Positions 17,665-24,917 of a DNA stretch of 43,044 bases are shown in pieces. The position numbers and the translations under genes were made by a program. This stretch comes from Patescibacteria group bacterium (GTDB lineage: Bacteria; Bacteroidota; Ignavibacteria; Kapaibacteriales; DASPKH01): positions 1-43,044 of the forward strand of contig DASPKH010000206.1 in assembly GCA_035628175.1 (NCBI GenBank), read 5' to 3'. Position 1 is the first letter of the stretch, and each line of letters begins with the position of its first letter. The notes below the pieces were generated by a model. The model was not told the DNA's origin and did not search any database. It saw only the letters and a list, made by a program, of their open reading frames with translations.

Positions 17665-19020
17665 ATGCCAAATAAACCCGATTTGAAAAACGATTTCCCC
17701 CAAATTAAAAAGTCGCAGGAATTGTACGAACGCGCACTTGAGTCAATTCCATGTGTGACGCAAACGCTGGCGAAAGGGCCGGGACAGCACACGAAAGGCG
17801 TTGCGCCGATTTATGCGACGAAGGGTAAGGGCGCGCACGTGTGGGATGCGGACGGCAATGAGTATATTGACTACACGATGGCGGTTGGGCCGTTGTCGCT
17901 GGGCTATTGCTATGAGGCGGTGGATGCGGCGATTCGCGAGCAGCTGAAGGACGGCATTACGTTTTCGCTGATGCACCCACTGGAGGTGGAAGTGGCGGAG
18001 CTGGTGAAGGGGCTCATCCCTAATGCGGAGTCTGTGCGCTTTAGCAAAACGGGCTGCGATGTAACGACTGCGGCGGTTCGCCTGGCGCGCGCGTTCACGG
18101 GCAAAAACACGGTTTTGTGCTGCGGCTATCACGGCTGGCACGACTGGTATATCGGCGTTACCGACCGCAGCGCCGGGATTCCGCAGGAAACGAAGGATTT
18201 GACGTACACTTTTAGTTACAATGATTTTGACTCGGTGCTGGCGGCGGTGGATGATGATACAGCAGCGATAATTCTTGAGCCGATTGTTTTTGAAGCGCCG
18301 AAGGATAATTTCCTTCACAAGCTGCGCGAACTCTGCGACGAGCGCGGAATTGTGCTGATTTTTGATGAAATGTGGACGGGATTTCGCCTCGCTTTAGGCG
18401 GCGCGCAGGAATATTTCGGTGTGAAAGCTGACCTCGCGTGCTACTCAAAAGCTGTTGCCAACGGAATGCCGATTTCGATTCTCGCCGGACGCCGCGACAT
18501 CATGCAGCTTTTGGAAAAAGACGTATTCTTCTTCACGACGTTTGGCGGCGAGGCGCTTTCGCTTGCGGCTGCAAAGGCGACGATAGAGGAATTGCGCGAC
18601 AAAAACGTGCCGCAATATCTCGACAAGCAGGGCGAAAAACTGAAGAACGGTTATAACGAAATCGCGACAGATCTCGGCATCAACAATTACACAAAATGCG
18701 CCGGATTTAACTGCCGGACAATCATGAGCTTCGACGCGAGCGCGGGAAATCCGCTGGAGCTGAAAACGCTTGTGCAGCAGGAAATGATTAAGCGCGGCGT
18801 GCTGTGGGGCGGCTTCCACAACATGAGTTTTTCGCATACGGATGCGGATATTGAGTTCACGTTAAGCGCATATCGCGAAGTGCTGCCAATTTTAAAAGAA
18901 GCGGTGGAATCGGGCAATGTGAAAAGCTTTTTAAAAGGCGAGCCGGTGGAAGCTGTTTTCCGCAAGACGGGAAATTTCAACATGAAACCGAAACGCGCGG
19001 CTGAGGTGAATGGGGCGTAA
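17665..19020 (+). CDS. Class-III (PLP) aminotransferase, glutamate-1-semialdehyde aminomutase-like
   Basis: Motifs YIDYTMAVGPLSLGY, CGYHGWHDW, FDEMWTGFR and the PLP-lysine context CYSKAVANGMP. Length is 451 aa. Confidence 0.9.
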   Translation: MPNKPDLKNDFPQIKKSQELYERALESIPCVTQTLAKGPGQHTKGVAPIYATKGKGAHVWDADGNEYIDYTMAVGPLSLGYCYEAVDAAIREQLKDGITFSLMHPLEVEVAELVKGLIPNAESVRFSKTGCDVTTAAVRLARAFTGKNTVLCCGYHGWHDWYIGVTDRSAGIPQETKDLTYTFSYNDFDSVLAAVDDDTAAIILEPIVFEAPKDNFLHKLRELCDERGIVLIFDEMWTGFRLALGGAQEYFGVKADLACYSKAVANGMPISILAGRRDIMQLLEKDVFFFTTFGGEALSLAAAKATIEELRDKNVPQYLDKQGEKLKNGYNEIATDLGINNYTKCAGFNCRTIMSFDASAGNPLELKTLVQQEMIKRGVLWGGFHNMSFSHTDADIEFTLSAYREVLPILKEAVESGNVKSFLKGEPVEAVFRKTGNFNMKPKRAAEVNGA

Positions 19021-19094
19021 GTTTTTAAAAACGGTTTAAAAATTGTAGATTAGCTTTTAAAAGGAAATTCTTTTTAAAAGCTAATTTTGTTTTT
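18957..19094 (+). repeat. Direct repeat copy A (3' end of the aminotransferase gene plus terminator region)
   Basis: Aligns with 19667-19803. The first ~71 nt differ at 6 positions. Both copies are followed by a TTTTAAAA-centred hairpin. Confidence 0.8.
19051..19083 (+). terminator. Hairpin terminator built from two TTTTAAAA copies
   Basis: 12-bp stem TAGCTTTTAAAA (19051-19062) / TTTTAAAAGCTA (19072-19083), followed by ATTTTGTTTTT. Confidence 0.6.
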
Positions 19095-19655
19095 ATGCAA
19101 AATCTTTTCAAAACAGTAGTTGTCGTTGGGCTTTTGATTTTACCAATGGATATTGTAGCTCAGGGTCGTAATGTAACAATATTTTTAAAAAATAGCACAC
19201 AGAGACGTGGAGAACTTCTGCTTGTTCGGGATTCTATCGTCGCGGTCCTGACAAGTAATGTTGAAAATACGAATGAAATTGTGCTATACCCGGAACGAAT
19301 AGAATTTGCTGCGCTATCTGATATTCAAAGAATACGAATACATGAAACTAATGTAGAGGGCGCAATACCGGGTTCATTAATCGGGGGCGGAGCGGGCGCT
19401 CTGTTTGGGCTGGGTACTTCCGGGCTTACAACAAAAAATACTGTTCCGTATATTTTTGAAAATTTCGCCATAGGAGCTATCTCGGGGCTAATCATCGGGT
19501 GGGTAGTGGCAACTTCAAAATCCGATGAGGAAAAGACTTTCTGGCCATCAGAAAAAAATCCACTCATAAAAATTAAATATTACGCACGTTTCGATAGTGT
19601 AGAACCCAGATTTATCGGGGATTTTATTGATGAACTTTTAAAAATAAGTAAGTAA
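19095..19655 (+). CDS. Secreted glycine-zipper protein, paralog 1
   Basis: Signal peptide, then GRNVTIFLKNSTQRRGELLLVRDSIVAVL, the Gly-zipper GSLIGGGAGALFGLG...AIGAISGLIIGW and the C-terminal YARFDSVEPRFIGDFIDELLK. Homologous to the next two ORFs. Confidence 0.75.
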   Translation: MQNLFKTVVVVGLLILPMDIVAQGRNVTIFLKNSTQRRGELLLVRDSIVAVLTSNVENTNEIVLYPERIEFAALSDIQRIRIHETNVEGAIPGSLIGGGAGALFGLGTSGLTTKNTVPYIFENFAIGAISGLIIGWVVATSKSDEEKTFWPSEKNPLIKIKYYARFDSVEPRFIGDFIDELLKISK

Positions 19656-19666
19656 TTTTTAAGGTT

Positions 19667-19803
19667 GTTCCCGCAAAACGGGAAATTTCAATATGAAACC
19701 GAAACGCGCGGCTGAGGTAAATCAAGCGTAAGTTTTTAAAAATTAGTTTTAAAATTCAATAGCTTTTAAAAGATTATTTCTTTTAAAAGCTATTGCTGTT
19801 TAT
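19667..19803 (+). repeat. Direct repeat copy B: relic of the aminotransferase 3' end (19 codons plus stop) and a duplicated hairpin
   Basis: Reads RKTGNFNMKPKRAAEVNQA* versus RKTGNFNMKPKRAAEVNGA* in the real gene. Truncated upstream by TAA. The 14-bp hairpin is ATAGCTTTTAAAAG (19759-19772) / CTTTTAAAAGCTAT (19780-19793). Confidence 0.8.
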
Positions 19804-19819
19804 ATAGGCTCGTAAAAAA

Positions 19820-19827
19820 TAAATTTG
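19820..19827 (+). promoter_or_regulatory. Candidate -7 box (TAnnTTTG)
   Basis: TAAATTTG followed by CAGGAA, 75 nt upstream of the ATG at 19902. Confidence 0.3.
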
Positions 19828-19901
19828 CAGGAATCAGATTAATATAGTAAGTTATAATAAAAGAATGTTATCATGTAAACTTTAAACAGGTAAACACCTT
19901 T

Positions 19902-20492
19902 ATGAAAAGCCTTTTAAAAACAATTCTTCTCACGTGTAGTATCTTTTTAGCCTTATCTATTCATACATTTGCGCAGGGTCGCGAGGTCACAATTTATTTG
20001 AAAGATGGCAAGCAGAAAATGGGCGAGCTACTATCAGTACGGGATTCACTGGTCTCTATCCTGAAAAAACATATTGAATACGATGAGGATATTGCCAGCT
20101 ACCCCCAGCATGTGGAAATTGCTTTGATCCGTGATATTGAACGTGTACGGCTGGAGGAATATGATGTTTCGGGTGCGGGCAAAGGAGCTGCCATTGGAGC
20201 CGGGATCGGTGGAGCGATTGGGATGATAGCCGTTTCGGATAATTCTTATGCCGGTCACAGGCCGGAAACAGGCGAATATATAGGGGCCGCGGCTGGCGGG
20301 GCTATAGCTGGTGCTTTCTACGGGTTTATTATTGGCTGGGCTACAGCGATGATCATGTCTGAAGATGAGGAGATGGTGTTGCCATCAGCAACAAAGGGGT
20401 TACTGCGTATTCAGGAGTATGCCCGCTTTGACGAACGTGAGCCACGGTATGTGCGTGATATTATCAACAATCTTTTAAAAGAGCAGAAATGA
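19902..20492 (+). CDS. Secreted glycine-zipper protein, paralog 2
   Basis: GREVTIYLKDGKQKMGELLSVRDSLVSIL, GAAIGAGIGGAIGMIA...AAGGAIAGAFYGFIIGW and YARFDEREPRYVRDIINNLLK. Confidence 0.8.
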   Translation: MKSLLKTILLTCSIFLALSIHTFAQGREVTIYLKDGKQKMGELLSVRDSLVSILKKHIEYDEDIASYPQHVEIALIRDIERVRLEEYDVSGAGKGAAIGAGIGGAIGMIAVSDNSYAGHRPETGEYIGAAAGGAIAGAFYGFIIGWATAMIMSEDEEMVLPSATKGLLRIQEYARFDEREPRYVRDIINNLLKEQK

Positions 20493-21130
20493 AAGATCTC
20501 TTAAAAATATTGTGCTTCATAGCAATGTTCTCTTTCGGCTTTTTAACAACTGAGGCAAAAGGGCGTGAAGTAACGATTTTTTTAAAGGATTCTACCGAAG
20601 TAAAAGGCGAGCTGCTTTCGGTGCGGGATTCTCTCCTGGCAGTGGCTGTAGAGCGGATTTCACTGGATGAAGATATTGCGGCATATCCAGAGCGAGTAAG
20701 GGTCCTGGCTTTTAAAAATATAGAAAATATTACAATCGAAACAAATAATTATGTGATCCAAGGTGGACTTACCGGATTGGGGCTAGGAGCCGGATCAGCA
20801 ATCCTGGTAAATCAGGGCGGAGGTTTTTTTAGGAAAGGTGGCGTTACAGAAAGTGGCTGGGTAAATAGTGTTCAGTTCTTATTACAAACAACGCTTATAG
20901 GGATGGGAATTGGTAGTTTATTGTCTGATAATGAGGAAACTTTCCTATTTTCTCCTGCAACACATGACAGCACAGAAGTACACCATGGAAAAGATGGCTA
21001 TATGTTTTTCATTTCCTGCCATGAAGCGAAGATGCTTTTAAAGCAGCACGCCAGATTTGAATTCTCCGAGCCCCATCATCTCCGCGATATCATCAATGAA
21101 CAGTACCGAAATCCGACTCAGTCGGAATAA
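20489..21130 (+). CDS. Secreted glycine-zipper protein, paralog 3 (divergent C-terminal half)
   Basis: ATGA overlap with paralog 2. GREVTIFLKDSTEVKGELLSVRDSLLAVAV, GGLTGLGLGAGSAIL and HARFEFSEPHHLRDIINE. Confidence 0.75.
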   Translation: MKDLLKILCFIAMFSFGFLTTEAKGREVTIFLKDSTEVKGELLSVRDSLLAVAVERISLDEDIAAYPERVRVLAFKNIENITIETNNYVIQGGLTGLGLGAGSAILVNQGGGFFRKGGVTESGWVNSVQFLLQTTLIGMGIGSLLSDNEETFLFSPATHDSTEVHHGKDGYMFFISCHEAKMLLKQHARFEFSEPHHLRDIINEQYRNPTQSE

Positions 21131-21795
21131 TGATAAAAGATTCCTGTATCAAACGGCGTCCACAGGCTTGCTTTCTGCCCGCTAATTTTTAACCCTGAAT
21201 TCGCCCATGTATTGCATGTATGGAAGAGGCTGTAACGGCCCTTCGCTTCGTAAAAAGCATCGTCTTTTCCGTAATTTACGGTTGTCTTGATAAATATGGC
21301 CCTGCCGCCGGAGTCCATTGCAAAACTATCACGGACGTACTGCACGAGCCGCGCGTATTGTGACCTGCTGAGCATGACCTTTCTGCATACTTCCCCTTCC
21401 TGCATTTCTTTGTAAAACGTTGCGTGGATAGCCGAAGTGCTCAGACCAAATGCTGCCTTAAAAGCGGTTGTAAATTTTAGGTCAGCCCACGTTGGCGTTT
21501 CAAGATAAAATCCCTTGTTACCCCAACCAAATGCTACAAACTCCGCCGTCGTATCTTTTGAAATGGTATTTTCAAAGCGAATGTGTTCACTCCAGTCGGC
21601 CTGCTCATTTTTTAAAGGCAGCACGAGGTCGGTGTGGACGCCATTGGTAAGAATATAAATTGCAACTTCAGTACTTTCAGTAGCCTCGCGCTCTGTACCA
21701 ATGCGCGAGAGCACATAGGCCAGCCCGAGGTAAAGGCAGGGAATAAAAATTATTATCCCCAGCATGATCGCCGCGATCTTTACAATTCGTTTCAC
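21118..21795 (-). CDS. DUF2459 / TIGR02117-family conserved hypothetical protein
   Basis: N-terminal TM, then IYILTNGVHTDLVLPL, FGWGNKGFY and the LFHTCNTWANSGL motifs I recall for this family. The 3' end overlaps convergent paralog 3 by 13 nt. Confidence 0.75.
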   Translation of the reverse strand: MKRIVKIAAIMLGIIIFIPCLYLGLAYVLSRIGTEREATESTEVAIYILTNGVHTDLVLPLKNEQADWSEHIRFENTISKDTTAEFVAFGWGNKGFYLETPTWADLKFTTAFKAAFGLSTSAIHATFYKEMQEGEVCRKVMLSRSQYARLVQYVRDSFAMDSGGRAIFIKTTVNYGKDDAFYEAKGRYSLFHTCNTWANSGLKISGQKASLWTPFDTGIFYHYSD

Positions 21796-21851
21796 AATAT
21801 TGGTAGAAGGGGGTATAAAAGTATAATGAAACTATCGAATAAACAGGTGGT

Positions 21852-22067
21852 CTAAAAGCAAAAAGCTACGATAATTTTCGGATCCTTTACAATGAGAGAG
21901 TTTTTTTTAACCCATCTGCGCATCACCACGAAAACCGCGTAGCCGATATACACAGCAATAAATGTCCAGCCCTGCCAGCGTTGGATGGTATGTTTCTCCC
22001 CAATAAAAATAAAACCAAAAAGCAGTGCACTCGCCACAATTGCCATCCTACTATCTGCATTAGCCAT
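21852..22067 (-). pseudogene. Possible relic of the C-terminal two helices of an EamA/DMT-type transporter
   Basis: MAIVASALLFGFIFIGEKHTIQRWQGWTFIAVYIGYAVFVV resembles the last TM pair of EamA proteins. Only ~100 nt lie upstream before the next gene, and the frame closes with a stop at 22119-22121, so the rest of a transporter is absent. Confidence 0.3.
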
Positions 22068-22168
22068 CGGCTGGAACGGCAGCGGATGATGATTAAGCTC
22101 AGGCTCGGCATCAAAATGTTAAAAATTTTGAGCCGATATCATTCAGTCGCAATTTCTGTGTTCTTTCT

Positions 22169-22693
22169 TTAAAGTTGCTGTAATAGACGTAGCCGGCTTA
22201 TATTGAAAAAGTCGCAATTTCGATCGCGCCTTTCTGCTACAATATTTAAAAATCCGATTGAATTTTTTTCAACAAGAAAACCTTCCTTACGCAGAGTCAC
22301 CGTGTACAATTCTTCATAACCCTCATCATAGACCGGGATTTGTAGTCTTTTTAGAGTGCTGCGAATGCCTACGACGGGAATATTTTCCTTACCCGGACGG
22401 AGCGAATTCCGGCGCAAAGCATCTTCTATTTCAGCATGAAAATAGTATCCGATGACTGCAAATTTATGCGCTTTCGCTACAGCAATATATTTTTCGCGGT
22501 CTGCTCGGGTTGGATTTGTATTATCAACCACGAATTTTTGCTTTGTATGAAGGCACAGGTTTAAAAACTTCGTTTCCCGGTTACGCGTTTTTAAAAGATC
22601 GTATGAGATCCGCACATGCGTCGCGAAAAAGTGCTCTTTAAAAAATGTCGTTTTTCCTGCTGCCTGTACACCGCAAAAAATGATCGCTTCCAT
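22169..22693 (-). CDS. Stand-alone P-loop kinase resembling the polynucleotide 5'-kinase (PNKP / AAA_33) domain
   Basis: ATG at 22693 (the track uses TTG at 22714). Walker A is CGVQAAGKTTF. VVDNTNPTRADREKY and ALRRNSLRPGKENIP parallel the DNTNP...R.RY...RHNNRFR...IP motifs of the PNKP kinase domain. Confidence 0.7.
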   Translation of the reverse strand: MEAIIFCGVQAAGKTTFFKEHFFATHVRISYDLLKTRNRETKFLNLCLHTKQKFVVDNTNPTRADREKYIAVAKAHKFAVIGYYFHAEIEDALRRNSLRPGKENIPVVGIRSTLKRLQIPVYDEGYEELYTVTLRKEGFLVEKNSIGFLNIVAERRDRNCDFFNISRLRLLQQL

Positions 22694-22744
22694 TGAAATT
22701 TCTTTTAAAAACAAACTTTAAAAGGGAATAATGACTGCCATGTT

Positions 22745-23524
22745 TTAAAAATCCTCCGGCTGTGGCAGATTCATTACATCGGGAAAACTGAATTGAAACT
22801 GAAGGCGTTCCTTCAGCTTTGCATTGCTCACAGCTTTAAAACCTCCATTACTTTTGTCCGCAAATTGTGGTGGCTCCAGCCCAAGTGATATCGCACAATG
22901 TGTGTAGAATTCCCGCTTCGTCGGATGGGTATCCGCGCAACAGTTAAATGTTTCGCCCCATACATTGTTCGCGATCACTGCTTCAATGATCCTGATGCAG
23001 TCTGTGCGATGGATAAAATTCACCGGAGCATCCGGCTCTAACACGATTTTGTTTGTAAAAAAACTGCCCGGATGGCGCGTACCGCCAAGCAATCCGCCAA
23101 AGCGCAAAATTGTCGTCTGAAAAGATGTACTGTTTTTAAAAAGCGCCTCGATCTCAGCAAGTGACCCACTGACAGGGGATTCTTCCGTTACAACTTTCGC
23201 AGAATCTCCATACACTGAAGTAGAACTGAAGAATATTACCTTCTGTACAGGCGAATTTCCGATTTTTAAAAGCAGGTTTTTAAAAGCGTCAGTATTTTTC
23301 GAGGTAATGGAAATGATGAGAATATCGGCTTTTAAAAACTCATCAATTCTGCTTATCGAATTCTCAATATTGATAAGGAATGGCTCGATCCCGGCATTTT
23401 TTAAAACTTCAACTTTATCAGGCGAGGTTGTCGAACCTGACACGCGAAAGCCGTTTTTTAAAAGCGATTGAGCCAGCGGGAGGCCAAGCCAGCCGCAGCC
23501 GAGGATGGAGATGGTTTTGGGCAT
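22745..23524 (-). CDS. NAD(P)-binding SDR-family protein, YeeZ-like
   Basis: ILGCGWLGLPLAQSL, FFSSTSVYGD, LRFGGLLGGTRHPGSFF and LGLEPPQF are collinear with E. coli YeeZ as I recall it. Confidence 0.8.
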   Translation of the reverse strand: MPKTISILGCGWLGLPLAQSLLKNGFRVSGSTTSPDKVEVLKNAGIEPFLINIENSISRIDEFLKADILIISITSKNTDAFKNLLLKIGNSPVQKVIFFSSTSVYGDSAKVVTEESPVSGSLAEIEALFKNSTSFQTTILRFGGLLGGTRHPGSFFTNKIVLEPDAPVNFIHRTDCIRIIEAVIANNVWGETFNCCADTHPTKREFYTHCAISLGLEPPQFADKSNGGFKAVSNAKLKERLQFQFSFPDVMNLPQPEDF

Positions 23525-23527
23525 GAG

Positions 23528-24025
23528 CTACAGGACAGCTGCTGCCATCATATTCATATAGAGATTTGTACTATAGCCGCAGACGACAAGGAGCTTCTCT
23601 AGTTCGATGACGGAGAGAGTTTCGTCGTAAACCTCGATAGTGTAGTCATAGTACATCTTAGTCCATTTGATTTCCGGTCTCATTCGCAGCACTTCTCGTT
23701 CTTCATCGTCAATAAGTACAAAGCTGAAATTCCAAAAGCCCGTAGTTTTTAAAATATATGTTTTCTCTGCTTTCTTTGTTTTTATCGGTATAATGATATG
23801 GCCACGCCAGTTCATGGTAATATCGCCGATATCCGCACCACTGTCGATAATGTCAAAGCTGCTGTGCCACATGTTTTTTGGTCTGATCTCAAAATTCCCG
23901 CTTTTTAAAACCGCCGAACCGTGGCTTGAAAACCAGTTTTCATATTCGAACGATGTCACATTCCGCCCGTCTTTTAAAAGATCAAATGCGCCTTTTGCAT
24001 TTTTTGAAGTGATTTTGAATTGCAT
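23528..24025 (-). CDS. Hypothetical protein (beta-rich with a C-terminal hydrophobic helix)
   Basis: ATG at 24025 (the track uses an upstream start at 24061). Lies 3 nt upstream of the SDR gene, so probably co-transcribed. No family recognised. Confidence 0.55.
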   Translation of the reverse strand: MQFKITSKNAKGAFDLLKDGRNVTSFEYENWFSSHGSAVLKSGNFEIRPKNMWHSSFDIIDSGADIGDITMNWRGHIIIPIKTKKAEKTYILKTTGFWNFSFVLIDDEEREVLRMRPEIKWTKMYYDYTIEVYDETLSVIELEKLLVVCGYSTNLYMNMMAAAVL

Positions 24026-24140
24026 GGTTTTAAAAAAATTATGATAGAAATTCTGTAACAAAGTTAAGATAGAAATTGAGGTCTTAAAAGAAATTGTTGT
24101 AATTTACCAAGTCCTATTTTAAAACTGATGCCAGAATTCT

Positions 24141-24867
24141 ATGAAAAAAGTAGTTTTAAAAACTATTTGTTTGCTACTTGTCATTTCTGCTACTTCATGC
24201 GATGATAATACAACAGATATTGCTCCGGAAAAACCAGCTTTAGAGCAAGCACACATCATGACCGATTGGATTAAGGCAAAGACGAGTTATGAACAGCGTT
24301 TTTACAATAGCGAAGGCATACTTATTGGATCAAAGGATACTACTTTTTTTAAATTGTTCAGTTTATAGTTCGAATTCATTTGGAAAGAGTAAATCTTCTA
24401 TTAGGATTCCTGTCCAGGAAACAAAAGGTGATACCTTTCTTCTCAGTTGGAGTAAAGGCGACACTTCTGTATTAGAATCAAAATTCTTCAGGTATGACTA
24501 TCAGGATCATCGTATAGCTGTTGTTTTGGATAAAGTTACTCGCACAGTTAAACATCTGGATTATTCTTATTTTTCAATGCTCAGATCCTGCGCTGGCGGT
24601 TCTATTGAAAATGTAACCTCTGCAACAGCATTTTCTATAAATGACAAGTCATATTCCCATATATCGCCGGATGAAATAATCATCAATTGCCAGGCTTCGG
24701 ATCTAAAAGATTTGACGGATGAATTTATCAATGCTATTGAAGCCTGGACTAGCTCAGATCAAATCGTACCGCATCAATCTTACAGATTAGCTTTTCTTGA
24801 ATTTTCAGCAAACCAAAGATCACAGCCTTTCTTTATAAAGTTGAAATTCAATAGAGAGAATTTTTGA
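24141..24867 (+). pseudogene. Lipoprotein gene interrupted by a frameshift at a T7 run
   Basis: ORF 24141-24368 (lipobox LLLVISATSCDD) and ORF 24289-24867 lie in adjacent frames. One extra T in T7 (24344-24350) fuses them into ...KDTTFFLNCSVYSSNSFGK..., about 242 aa. Confidence 0.6.
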
Positions 24868-24876
24868 AAAGAAAAA

Positions 24877-24897
24877 GCCCCATTTTAAAAATGGAGC
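24877..24897. terminator. Hairpin between the convergent lipoprotein gene and serS, centred on TTTTAAAA
   Basis: GCCCCAT / ATGGAGC arms (1 mismatch) around TTTAAAA. Flanked by an A-run upstream and TTTTAAAATT downstream. Confidence 0.45.
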
Positions 24898-24917
24898 TTT
24901 TAAAATTAAAAAAAAAC

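Noticed and set aside
17743-18837. Minus-strand ORFs of 191, 130, 78 and 66 aa inside the aminotransferase gene
   Set aside because: They are Arg-rich antisense translations (for example RRFKNNRLKNYRCCIIIHRRQHR). The plus strand encodes a full-length class-III aminotransferase.
19023-19793. Whether the recurring TTTTAAAA-containing repeats form a CRISPR array
   Set aside because: The repeat unit is only 8-14 nt, spacing is irregular, copies lie inside CDSs throughout the window, and no cas genes are present.
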